Assembly: GCA_011390935.1 (NCBI GenBank)
Contig: JAABRL010000005.1
Coordinates: 27,915-91,914 of the forward strand
Direction of reading: 5' to 3'
Length of the DNA: 64,000 bases
Source of the DNA: Gemmatimonas sp.
GTDB taxonomy: Bacteria > Gemmatimonadota > Gemmatimonadetes > Gemmatimonadales > Gemmatimonadaceae
Under the pieces are notes generated by a model, which searched no databases, was not told the origin of the DNA, and was given only the letters and a program-made list of their open reading frames with translations. How positions within the stretch are numbered: the first letter of the stretch is position 1; every line of letters begins with the position of its first letter. The position numbers and the translations under genes were made by a program. Below, one piece after another: positions 18,606 to 27,534 of the stretch.

Positions 18606-21167
18606 TCAATAATCGAAGCGCACACCGAGGAACGCCATGGCCCCGATCGCGGGCATGTTGAGCAGCTCGATGTGTTCACGACCGAAGCCACACTTGCGAC
18701 CGGGCGTGTACGTGGCCGCGTTGGCCGCGTTCAGGAACGCCGGAGGCGTCGTTTCGCCACTCGTGCAGGCGAACGCGTTTTGCACCGAGAGATTGATCTG
18801 GGCGCGCTGCGACGGGAGGCGATAGCCGAGATTGAAGTCGAGTCCGAGGAACCCCGGAATGTGACCGTTGTGCACACCTGACAGAAAACGGTAGTCCTTG
18901 AAGTAGCGCAGCGTGAATCCGCCGAACGCACCGAGCGGCAACTTCTTCGACTCCATCCCGAGCGTGAACTTGCTGCCGGGGCTGTTGAGCGCCGTCGCTT
19001 CCGGCGGGTCACCGGGAGCCTGCGCAATCGAGTCGAGGCTCATGAAGGACATCGTGCCGCTCGTGGAGATGTTGTCCGTGAGCATGTAGCGCCAGCCGGC
19101 ATCCACCCCCCAGAGCGTTGCCTTGCCCAGGTTGAAGTACGTGAGCGCGATCTGCTCACCACCGGTCGCATTGGTGTACTTCACGCCGGTGCGTGCGTTG
19201 TGCGCGAACGTGCCAGCGAACGGATTGGCCACCACCACCAGCGGGCTCAGGAAGCTCTCGTATCGCGCATTCCAACCGGCCACTTCGAGGAAGAGGCGGT
19301 TCTTGACCACGCCCTTGTAGCCGAGTTCGATCGTGTTGTTGAGCTCCGGCACCACCGGATCGAGGGTGCGCAACACCGTTCCGGCCGCGTCCCGCACCTC
19401 GATGCCATCGCGATTGCCGAACACACCAATGAATGGCGCAAAATCGCGGTAGTAGAAGCTCGTCTGCAGCACGGTGGGCGACTTGAAGGCCCGGTTGTAC
19501 GTGAAGCGGAAGGTGTTGTCGTCGGTGGGCGAGTACAGCAACGCCGCCTTCGGCGAGAACTGGTTCTCGTAGAACTCGGGCGAGTCATAGCGCGCACCGA
19601 GCACCAACTTCGTCTTGCCGGTAAGCGGCGTCTCCGTCTGCGCGTACACGCCCACTTGCTGCAGCTGCAGATCCTCGCCCGTGATGGCATCCTCGAGCCA
19701 GACGCGCTGCGATGACACCTGATCGCGACGGAACTGTCCGCCCCACACCACCCGGGTATTGAACAGCGTTGGCACCGTGAAGTTGTGCTGCGCTTCCGCG
19801 GCCATCAGGCGACCATCGGCCGGAAAGCCCGAGGCGCGCTTGACGCTGTCGTCGGAGATGCCATTGAATCGCGCGGCCAGGCGGTTGGTGGAGAAACCGT
19901 TGATGGCGAACGTTTCCCCGGAGAGCGATCGCGTGGCGTACGCCTGCGCGAAGAACCGATCGCTGGTGAAGCGCACCTGCTGGTTCCAGTAGCCCCAGTT
20001 CACGAGCTGATTGCGCCCCGGGCTGGTGATGCCCACGCCATTGCTGCGACTGGCGCCGCCCTGATACTCGAGCCGCGCACCGCCGTCGAAGTACCACACC
20101 AGCGCACCACCGCCACGCAAATAGTCGGTGTTCCAGTCGATGCCGATTTCCGGCGTCGGCGCCGTGGAGGGGGCCACGGGACCGTAGAAGTTGGTGTTCT
20201 GCCAATCGTACGCGTCGATCAGTTCGCCCGTGAGCTTGTAACCGAGCTTGCCGCCCAGCAGTACACCGGCGTGCCGCCCCTGCACATTGCGGAACGACAC
20301 CGTACCCGGCGTCTGCTCGCCAAAGCGACCTACGGAGTTGCCACCCACCGAAAACTCGAGCGTCGTGCCCTGATACTGCTTGGGGTCCTTGCTGAGCAGC
20401 GTGACCACGCCGTTGGACGCGTCCGGGCCGTAGAGTGCGGCACCGGGACCGATGAGCACCTCGACGCCCGCGATATCCACCTTCGGAATCGTGGTGAAGA
20501 CACCCACCGGCAGCCCGTTCTCCGGGAGCACCGCAATGCGGTTGTCTTCCATTTGCAGCATGCGGTTGTTGAATGCGCTGTTGAACCCACGCGCATTGAT
20601 GCCAGCCGAGGCGATGCCGGTCTGAAAGAAGTCCACGCCCTTGATTTCCTTGAGCGCCGCCGTGAACGAGTTGCCCACGGTGTTGCGGATCATGTCGGCA
20701 TCAATACGCGTCACCGTGGCCGGTGCATCGGTGATCTTTTCAACCCGCCGCGACGCCGACACCACGTAGCTGCCGATCTGCAACGCCGATGTGCCGAGCA
20801 CGATATCGAGCTTCGTGTCTGCGCCGCTGAGCACGCTGATGCCACTGAAGGTGCGCACCGCAGAGCCGATGCGCTGTGCCCGCACGTCGTACGTGCCCAC
20901 CGGCAGACCAGCAATGCGGTAACGGCCATCGATGCCGGCGACCGCGGCGAAGCGAGTGCCCGTCACACCGATCTGCGTGCCCGGCAGGGGCGCGCCACTG
21001 CTGTCGGTCACGGTGCCGGAAAGCGTACCACTCTGAGCAGCAGCGATGCTCGGGGCGACGGCGAATGCCGCAACCGCCAGCGCACCACGCGCCGCAGCGC
21101 GACGCACGGAGCGCCGCAGGAGGGTGATCAGCGCGCGTGCGCGACGATCAGTCGGGACGGGGGCCAT
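18606..21167 (-). CDS. TonB-dependent outer-membrane receptor with N-terminal carboxypeptidase-regulatory-like domain
   Basis: Signal peptide, then GTLSGTVTDSSGAPLPGTQIGV...YRIAGLPVGTYDVRAQRIG (CarbopepD_reg), a plug region and a long beta-barrel ending in an aromatic residue (...LGVRFDY). Confidence 0.85.
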   Translation of the reverse strand: MAPVPTDRRARALITLLRRSVRRAAARGALAVAAFAVAPSIAAAQSGTLSGTVTDSSGAPLPGTQIGVTGTRFAAVAGIDGRYRIAGLPVGTYDVRAQRIGSAVRTFSGISVLSGADTKLDIVLGTSALQIGSYVVSASRRVEKITDAPATVTRIDADMIRNTVGNSFTAALKEIKGVDFFQTGIASAGINARGFNSAFNNRMLQMEDNRIAVLPENGLPVGVFTTIPKVDIAGVEVLIGPGAALYGPDASNGVVTLLSKDPKQYQGTTLEFSVGGNSVGRFGEQTPGTVSFRNVQGRHAGVLLGGKLGYKLTGELIDAYDWQNTNFYGPVAPSTAPTPEIGIDWNTDYLRGGGALVWYFDGGARLEYQGGASRSNGVGITSPGRNQLVNWGYWNQQVRFTSDRFFAQAYATRSLSGETFAINGFSTNRLAARFNGISDDSVKRASGFPADGRLMAAEAQHNFTVPTLFNTRVVWGGQFRRDQVSSQRVWLEDAITGEDLQLQQVGVYAQTETPLTGKTKLVLGARYDSPEFYENQFSPKAALLYSPTDDNTFRFTYNRAFKSPTVLQTSFYYRDFAPFIGVFGNRDGIEVRDAAGTVLRTLDPVVPELNNTIELGYKGVVKNRLFLEVAGWNARYESFLSPLVVVANPFAGTFAHNARTGVKYTNATGGEQIALTYFNLGKATLWGVDAGWRYMLTDNISTSGTMSFMSLDSIAQAPGDPPEATALNSPGSKFTLGMESKKLPLGAFGGFTLRYFKDYRFLSGVHNGHIPGFLGLDFNLGYRLPSQRAQINLSVQNAFACTSGETTPPAFLNAANAATYTPGRKCGFGREHIELLNMPAIGAMAFLGVRFDY

Positions 21168-21618
21168 GGGAGGAATCCGAAGGTGGGAGGGAGGTGGAAG
21201 GAGCGGACGCGGGCACGAGCACGAGGGCTTCCCCCTCGAGCACCACCACGCCGTCCTGATTGCGACACACGGTGGACAGTCGGACGCGCCGCGAACGCGC
21301 CTTGACCTCCACCACCTCGACCCGAGCCGTCACGGTGTCGCCGATGCGGACGGGGTGCTTGAACGTGAGTGACTGCGACAGGTAGATCGCGCCGGGCCCG
21401 GGCACGCCATTGGCAATCGCCGCCGAGATGAAGCCGGCCGTGAGCATGCCGTGCGCAATGCGTCCACCGAACGGACTCGCCGCAGCCGCAACCGCATCCA
21501 TGTGGACCGGATTGAAATCCCCCGTGATCTCGGCGAAGTGCGCCACGTCGGTCTCGGACACCGTACGACGCCACTCGGACGCGAGGCCCGGTACGAGCTG
21601 ATCGAACTCCATGCTCAT
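21148..21618 (-). CDS. MaoC-like (R)-specific enoyl-CoA hydratase (single hot-dog)
   Basis: FAEITGDFNPVHMD...FGGRIAHGML hydratase motif. The ATG at 21618 forms an ATGA overlap with the symporter stop. Confidence 0.85.
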   Translation of the reverse strand: MSMEFDQLVPGLASEWRRTVSETDVAHFAEITGDFNPVHMDAVAAAASPFGGRIAHGMLTAGFISAAIANGVPGPGAIYLSQSLTFKHPVRIGDTVTARVEVVEVKARSRRVRLSTVCRNQDGVVVLEGEALVLVPASAPSTSLPPSDSSHGPRPD

Positions 21619-23126
21619 GCCTCCATGACGGCGCGCACATCGGGCGCCAGGGTTGCAGCCGCCGTGGCGCGCGTCAGCCACGACACACCGAAGAACACCA
21701 GCAGCGAGGCCACCAGCGCGATGGCCGACGCGGTCACGCCGCTGGGGAAGGAAAAGACCTTGAGGAAGGCGAGCGTCTCGAGCGACAACGTGATCACGAG
21801 GCCCGTCGCAATCGATGCGATCGCGCCTGCTCGTGTCGCCCCCGTCCAGTTCAGGCCGATCGCCAGCGCAGGTACGAGCGTGGACGCAAAGAGTCCCCAG
21901 CCGAAGATGCCGAGGAACGCCACCAACGCGCCGGAAGCCTGCGCCACCACGGCAGCGACGAGCGCGATCACCACCGTCCAGATGCGCCCCCACTTGAGCT
22001 CGTTCGCCATGCGTGTGCCGAAAGCCACCGGCAGATCGTGGGTAAAGGCCGCTGCACCGATACTCATGAACGAGTTGACCGTGCTCATGATCGCCGCGGC
22101 CACACTGGCAAACACGACGGCCGCCAGCGGGACCGGCGTGAAGCGCAGCAGGAAGGCGGGGGTGGCATCATCGGCAGTGGCAAGTGCGGGCGTTGCCCCA
22201 CTCACCACCAGCGCCTTCATGGCGAGTCCCACGCCGATGAACAGCAGCAGCGACACGAACAGCGCAGCCGTCATGAGCAGCGGAAACCACTTAAGTCGGC
22301 GCGCATCGCGCAGCATGAAGAACTTGTGTACCACGTGCGGCTGTCCCAGCGAGCCGAGTCCGAACACGAAGTAGAACGAGAGCGCAGCCAGTGGCGTGAG
22401 CGTCCCCCATGGACCCAGCGTCGCCGGCTCCGCCTCGAGCAGCGTGCGCGAGATCTGCCCCAGCCCTCCGCCCGCCTCGAGCGCATACCAGAACACGAAG
22501 CCGCTCGCGAGCGCCATCAGAGTACCCTGAAAGACATCGTTGTAGATGCCGGCCAGAATCCCGCCCGAGACCGAATACGCCAGCACGATCACCGTGCCGA
22601 TCCAGATCGACGCGCCCAACCCCGGTGCGAAGATCGCGTCGATCACGAGCCCGAGTGCGAGAATGTTCGTGGCCATGTAGCCGATCACCGCAATGATGAT
22701 CGCCACCGCCGAGAGCCCCTGCGCCAGGCGCGACTGATAGCGTGCACCGATGGCATCCGGGATGGTCATCATCTCGCGGACATCCGCGAGCAGACGCAAC
22801 CGCTTGGCCATGACCCATGCGCCCATCGAGTTCGTCAACGCCGCCGGCAGCACGATGAACACCGCGCCGATGCCCACCGTGTACACGAGCCCCGGTCCAC
22901 CGATGAAGGCGAACCCGGACAGCGTCGCGGCCATGGCGGCGATCGCCAACGTGAACAGACCGATCCCCTGTCCCGCCACGAAGAAGTCGCTGGCGTTGCG
23001 CGTGCGACGCGCGGCCCATGTGCCGATGATGGCCACCACCACGAAGTACGCGATCGCGACACCACCGATCACCGGCTGTGTGAGCGGAGGCAACGCCGCA
23101 GCTTGCACCAGCAGTGCCGCGCTCAC
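21615..23126 (-). CDS. Sodium:solute symporter family (SSS) transporter
   Basis: 503 aa with about 13 hydrophobic helices. N-terminal FVAGQGIGLFTLAIAAMAATLSGFAFIGGPGL is typical of SSS. The GTG start at 23126 overlaps the upstream TGA. Confidence 0.85.
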   Translation of the reverse strand: MSAALLVQAAALPPLTQPVIGGVAIAYFVVVAIIGTWAARRTRNASDFFVAGQGIGLFTLAIAAMAATLSGFAFIGGPGLVYTVGIGAVFIVLPAALTNSMGAWVMAKRLRLLADVREMMTIPDAIGARYQSRLAQGLSAVAIIIAVIGYMATNILALGLVIDAIFAPGLGASIWIGTVIVLAYSVSGGILAGIYNDVFQGTLMALASGFVFWYALEAGGGLGQISRTLLEAEPATLGPWGTLTPLAALSFYFVFGLGSLGQPHVVHKFFMLRDARRLKWFPLLMTAALFVSLLLFIGVGLAMKALVVSGATPALATADDATPAFLLRFTPVPLAAVVFASVAAAIMSTVNSFMSIGAAAFTHDLPVAFGTRMANELKWGRIWTVVIALVAAVVAQASGALVAFLGIFGWGLFASTLVPALAIGLNWTGATRAGAIASIATGLVITLSLETLAFLKVFSFPSGVTASAIALVASLLVFFGVSWLTRATAAATLAPDVRAVMEA

Positions 23127-23599
23127 TCGTGACTCCCCGTTGGCACGGAGCCTGGCAGCCGGGCGGCACGCACGCGCGCGATGTCCTCATCGGTCAGCGT
23201 GAGCGTATCGAAGGTGAGCGCGTACACCATCGGCAGCATGAACAGCGGCAACAGCCCCACGCCGTACAGAATCACGGCCGCGCGCGGTGGCAACCCGAGA
23301 AAGAGCCGGACATCCGCAGCTTCGGCCGGCAGCAGCAGCGCCACCACAAACCCGCCCGCCACGAGCACGAACACGAGCAGAAACGGCAGCGCCAATCGCC
23401 CCAGTCCCCGAGTCCCGCGTACGGCACCGAGGATCATCGTCGCGAACAGCACCAGCGGCACCATGATCGCCATGAGCCAGGGACCAATGAAGGCGATCGA
23501 CGGCGGGAAGAACGCACTCGCATACGCCAGCGCAATGCCGATCACACCAAGCACGAGCGTGCGAAACGCCGTGTCGCGCACAGTCCGTGGCGCGCTCAT
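23123..23599 (-). CDS. Small four-helix membrane protein coupled to the symporter
   Basis: 158 aa from the ATG at 23599 (ATGA overlap with the ligase stop). Four hydrophobic segments. Occupies the position held by YjcH/DUF485- or DUF3311-type proteins upstream of SSS transporters. Confidence 0.55.
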   Translation of the reverse strand: MSAPRTVRDTAFRTLVLGVIGIALAYASAFFPPSIAFIGPWLMAIMVPLVLFATMILGAVRGTRGLGRLALPFLLVFVLVAGGFVVALLLPAEAADVRLFLGLPPRAAVILYGVGLLPLFMLPMVYALTFDTLTLTDEDIARVRAARLPGSVPTGSHE

Positions 23600-25305
23600 G
23601 CGTGATGCTCCGATGCTGGCGCAGCGTACAAGGCATCGAGCGACGCTCGCAGATACGCCGACACCACCTCGCGTTTCACCTTGAGGGTCGGCGTGAGGGC
23701 CTCGGGGATGGCGCTGATCGACGCGTCGCTGACCACAAAGGCGCGCACCTGTTCCGGTCGCGAGCGATCGGCGTTCACACTGTCCACGTGTGCCTGCAGC
23801 GCGGTCCGCACCTCGCTGTGCTGAGCAACATCGGGCCAACGCACGTGCACATGGTGCGCCGCAGCGAAGCGTTCCACCTCACGCTGGTCGAGCAGCAGCG
23901 CCGCCGACAGGAATCGCTCCCCTTCCCCATGACACACGGCAACCGCGACCAGCGGGCAGGCCATGAGGGCCTGCTCGATCGGCACGGGGGCCACCTTCTT
24001 GCCCGTGGACAGCGCGATCAACTCCTTGCGCCGCCCGGTGATGCGCAGCATGCCGTCGGGCTCGAGCACGGCCAGATCGCCCGTGCGCAGCCACGCGCCA
24101 TCGTCCGTGAACGCGTCGCGCGACGCGTCCACTCGGCCATGATACCCGCTGAAGGTGAGCGCCCCTCGCCGTACCAGCAGCTCCCCGTCGTGATCCACGC
24201 GCACCTCCGTGCCCGGCATTGGCAAACCGACCGCATCGTGGCGATAGGCATCAGGACGATTCATGGCGAGGCAGAGATGCTCGGTCTGCCCGTACGCCCC
24301 AAGGACCGTCACGCCGAGCTGCTCCAGCTCGCGCGCCACCTGCACCGGCAGTGCGGCCCCACCCGATGTGACGCGGCGCAGTCGCGACCCCACGCGCGAC
24401 GCAAGGATCGCACGCGCCGCCTCAGGCGAGTCGGCGTCGCGCGTGGCGGCATGCAGCTTCTCGAACAGGCGCGGCAACCCACCGAACACCGTGGGCTCGA
24501 AGAGGCGCGCACCGCGCCACACGTCGTCAGGGGCTTCCACCAGCACCGCCGACATGCCGCAGAAAATGCGGGTATACAGACCGAATACGCGTTCCGCCGC
24601 GTGACAGAAGGGAAGAAACGCGATGCCGGAATCGGCCGCCGATAGGCCCAGCACACTCGCGATACTTTCCGCCGATGCGGACAGATAGCGGTGCGTGATG
24701 CGCGCACCCTTCGGTTCACCGGTGGAGCCGGAGGTGTAAATCAGCATGGCCGCATCGGCCGGCGTGATGGCCAGCAGCCGCTGCGCCAGCTCGGCGAGCA
24801 GCGGCGCCTTGCCCCGTGGCTCGCGGATCATCGCGAAGTCGGCAAACGCCGTGACCTGCAACGAAGACGGCGAAGCCGTCGGCACCGCATCGTCGACGAC
24901 GACGTGCAAAGGCCATGGCACCTGCGACTGCGCGGAACGCACGAGCTGCAGTCGTTCCGCCGTATCCACAAAAACAAGGCGCGCCCCGCAATCGCGCAGC
25001 TGTGCCGCGAGCTGCGTGGCCGCGCTCGTGGGATACGCGCCCACCGATACGCCGCGCACCATGAGTACCGCCAGGTCCACGATCGGCCAGAGCGGCCGAT
25101 TGTCGGCAAAGATCAGCACCGTTCCACCCACCGGGAGGTCGTGCGCCAGCAGCGCCAACGCGACCGCGCGTGACGCGTCGTACCAGGCGCCCCATGTGAT
25201 GGCCGGCGCAAGTGCCGTCGCCCCACGCGGCAGGACGGCAAACGCCACGTCGTCGCGCTGGGCGAGCGCACGATCGAGAAAGCGATGCAGCAGTGTGCCG
25301 CTCAT
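23596..25305 (-). CDS. AMP-dependent (long-chain-type) acyl-CoA synthetase
   Basis: LIYTSGSTGEPKGARITH, YGQTE, TGDLAVLEPDG, and a C-terminal TPTLKVKRE lysine motif. The ATG at 25305 forms an ATGA overlap with the KAS III-like stop. Confidence 0.85.
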   Translation of the reverse strand: MSGTLLHRFLDRALAQRDDVAFAVLPRGATALAPAITWGAWYDASRAVALALLAHDLPVGGTVLIFADNRPLWPIVDLAVLMVRGVSVGAYPTSAATQLAAQLRDCGARLVFVDTAERLQLVRSAQSQVPWPLHVVVDDAVPTASPSSLQVTAFADFAMIREPRGKAPLLAELAQRLLAITPADAAMLIYTSGSTGEPKGARITHRYLSASAESIASVLGLSAADSGIAFLPFCHAAERVFGLYTRIFCGMSAVLVEAPDDVWRGARLFEPTVFGGLPRLFEKLHAATRDADSPEAARAILASRVGSRLRRVTSGGAALPVQVARELEQLGVTVLGAYGQTEHLCLAMNRPDAYRHDAVGLPMPGTEVRVDHDGELLVRRGALTFSGYHGRVDASRDAFTDDGAWLRTGDLAVLEPDGMLRITGRRKELIALSTGKKVAPVPIEQALMACPLVAVAVCHGEGERFLSAALLLDQREVERFAAAHHVHVRWPDVAQHSEVRTALQAHVDSVNADRSRPEQVRAFVVSDASISAIPEALTPTLKVKREVVSAYLRASLDALYAAPASEHHA

Positions 25306-26387
25306 GCACGCTCCATCTTCGGCACAGACGCACGAGCGGCCGACGTGCGCCACCTCATGGCCAATGTGCCCATGGCGAGCCCCGCGCCAGACCCGGTGAA
25401 CACCACCAGATCGCCATCATGCAGGCGCCCTGCGTGTACCGCGTCATCGAGCGCCATCGGCAGGCATGCACTGCCCGTATAGCCCCACTTGTGCATCACG
25501 GTGTGTGCACGCGTCATCGACTGACCGAGTGACTGCATCACGGTTTCGATGGTGGACCGGTTCACCTGCGTCCACAACCACAGCGACACGTCATCAGGGT
25601 TCGCCGGCACTCGGGAGAGCACCGACTGCACGATGCGAGGCCACCCCGCCTCATTCACTGACGCCGGATACTTGCGCACGAAGCGCAGGTGATTGCGCGT
25701 GCCATCGCGCAACACGGCGTCGGTGATCGGCTCAGCCGAACCGCCCGCGAAGACGCCCATATCGTGTGCGAGGCGACCGTCCGCAAACAGTTCGCTCGCT
25801 AGAATCCCGTCCTGCGTCCCACGCTCGACCACCACCGCACCGGCACCGTCGGCGAAGATCGTCACGGTCTTCTTGTCGTGCGCATCGAGCCAACGCGACA
25901 TGGTGTAGGCGCCCACCACGAGGATGCGCTGATACCGTGCGTCCGCGCGCAGGAACTTCCACGCGACATCGAGCGCCGTGACGAACCCCGCGCACCCCGC
26001 GTTGACGTCGAAGGTGCCGGCGTTCACGCAGCCGAGCCGTCCGTGCAGCACCGAGCTCGTCGCCGGCGAAATGAACTCCGGTGTATCGGTCGCGACGATC
26101 AGCAGGTCGATCGCGATGGCGTGCACGCCCGCCGCGTCGAGGGCCCGGCGGCATGCCTGTTCGGCAAGCGTCGCCGTACTCTCACCCTCGCCGCACCAGC
26201 GCCGTTCGTGAATCCCCAGTGTGTCCGACACGAACGGCTCGACATCGACGCCGAGCTGTGCACTGAGCTCCGCGTTCGTGACGACGCGTTCGGGTACCGC
26301 GTGTCCGGTACCGGTGATGATCGCGGCGGGACAACGCAACGGGTCGATCGGCATGGCGATGGTGGACGGCACGGTGGGAGTGGTCAT
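25302..26387 (-). CDS. KAS III (FabH)-like thiolase-fold enzyme lacking the catalytic His and Asn
   Basis: Collinear with FabH: IITGTGHAVPE, DVNAGCAGF (active-site Cys kept), IFADGAGA. The HQAN motif reads TQVN and GNTSAAS reads GYTGSAC. Trimmed to the ATG at 26387. Confidence 0.85.
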   Translation of the reverse strand: MTTPTVPSTIAMPIDPLRCPAAIITGTGHAVPERVVTNAELSAQLGVDVEPFVSDTLGIHERRWCGEGESTATLAEQACRRALDAAGVHAIAIDLLIVATDTPEFISPATSSVLHGRLGCVNAGTFDVNAGCAGFVTALDVAWKFLRADARYQRILVVGAYTMSRWLDAHDKKTVTIFADGAGAVVVERGTQDGILASELFADGRLAHDMGVFAGGSAEPITDAVLRDGTRNHLRFVRKYPASVNEAGWPRIVQSVLSRVPANPDDVSLWLWTQVNRSTIETVMQSLGQSMTRAHTVMHKWGYTGSACLPMALDDAVHAGRLHDGDLVVFTGSGAGLAMGTLAMRWRTSAARASVPKMERA

Positions 26388-26394
26388 GACGCTC

Positions 26395-27507
26395 TCAGAC
26401 GCCGGCGCTCGCGGCCCGCTCGGCCACCGGGCCGGACGTACCGCGGCGCACGAGACGCACGGGGAGTGGCTTGGCGAGTGCGCGGCGCGCCGAGAGCACG
26501 CTGCGTTCGGGTATCGCCTCGGGATGATCGATGTGACTGAGCAGCAATCGCGCGGCGCGCGCCCCGAGCTCGCGCGCGGGCACCGCAACGGTGGTGAGTT
26601 CGGGCGTGATCAGACGGGCCATGTCGATGTCATCGCAGCCCACCACCGACAGTTCACGTGGCAAGGCGACGCCCTGCGTGAGGCACTGCTTCACGGCGCC
26701 GATCGCGATGAGATCGTTGGCACAGAACACGGCCGTGGGGCGCGGCTGCAGCGCGAGCAGCGCCCGCATGGCATCGAGGCCGCCTTGTACCGACGCCGGG
26801 ACGCGACGCCACCGCTCCGACGACACGGCACAGCCGGCTTCGCGTACGCGCCGCACGAATCCGCGCTCGCGCATGCGCAGCGCGTGCACGTCCGACGCGG
26901 GACCGATGAAGGCGAAGGCTCGGTGGCCGAGCTCCAGCAAATGCTCGGCAGCGAGCGCTCCAGCCCCCAGGGCATCGCTCGACACCCCGGGCCACTCATT
27001 GGCCGGTTCATCGATGAGCACCACGTTCACCCCTCGCAGCGCTTCGACGGGGAGCGTCGCGGCACCCACCGCATCGAGCAGCACCCCGTCGATCTGGCGG
27101 GCGAGCAGCGTCTCGAGGTGCGCGGCGGCGGGGCGCGCCGACTGGTCGCAGAGCAGCACGGCGTAGCCGGCCGAGGAGGCGACGCGCTCCGCCCCCGCGA
27201 CCACATCCATCACGAACGGGTTCCGCAGGTCGGGCACGATGACGCCCAGCGCAAACGAGCGACCGCGGGCGAGCGAGCGGGCCACCACGTTGGGCCGGTA
27301 CCCGAGCGCTTCCGCCGCGTCGAGGATGCGCTGCCGGGTGGCCGCGGCGACACGCGCTCGGGGGTGCTTCCCGAGCACGAGTGACGCGGTGGGCTGAGAG
27401 ACGCCGGCGCGTGCGGCGACGTCGCGAATGGTGACCCGGGACAGGGGCGGAGTCCGAAAGGGAGCGAGGTGGGCGCGGCGGCGACCGCGCCGCGTGCGTG
27501 ATGCCAA
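26395..27507 (-). CDS. LacI-family transcriptional regulator (start codon uncertain)
   Basis: HTH VTIRDVAARAGVSQPTASLVLG...ILDAAEALGYRPN followed by a periplasmic-binding-protein-like sugar-binding fold. The HTH begins at 27435. The nearest upstream canonical in-frame starts are the TTG at 27507 and the ATG at 27567; only a CTG (27444) lies closer. Confidence 0.8.
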   Translation of the reverse strand: MASRTRRGRRRAHLAPFRTPPLSRVTIRDVAARAGVSQPTASLVLGKHPRARVAAATRQRILDAAEALGYRPNVVARSLARGRSFALGVIVPDLRNPFVMDVVAGAERVASSAGYAVLLCDQSARPAAAHLETLLARQIDGVLLDAVGAATLPVEALRGVNVVLIDEPANEWPGVSSDALGAGALAAEHLLELGHRAFAFIGPASDVHALRMRERGFVRRVREAGCAVSSERWRRVPASVQGGLDAMRALLALQPRPTAVFCANDLIAIGAVKQCLTQGVALPRELSVVGCDDIDMARLITPELTTVAVPARELGARAARLLLSHIDHPEAIPERSVLSARRALAKPLPVRLVRRGTSGPVAERAASAGV

Positions 27508-27534
27508 TACGCATTGGCAAGCGCGGAATGTCAA
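27502..27534 (-). promoter_or_regulatory. LacI-type operator (18-bp palindrome with central CG) next to a TTGACA -35 box
   Basis: TGCCAATA-CG-CATTGGCA at 27502-27519 (7 of 8 arm positions symmetric). TTGACA on the minus strand lies at 27529-27534, so the palindrome covers the -10 region of the lacI-side promoter in the divergent intergenic region. Confidence 0.6.
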
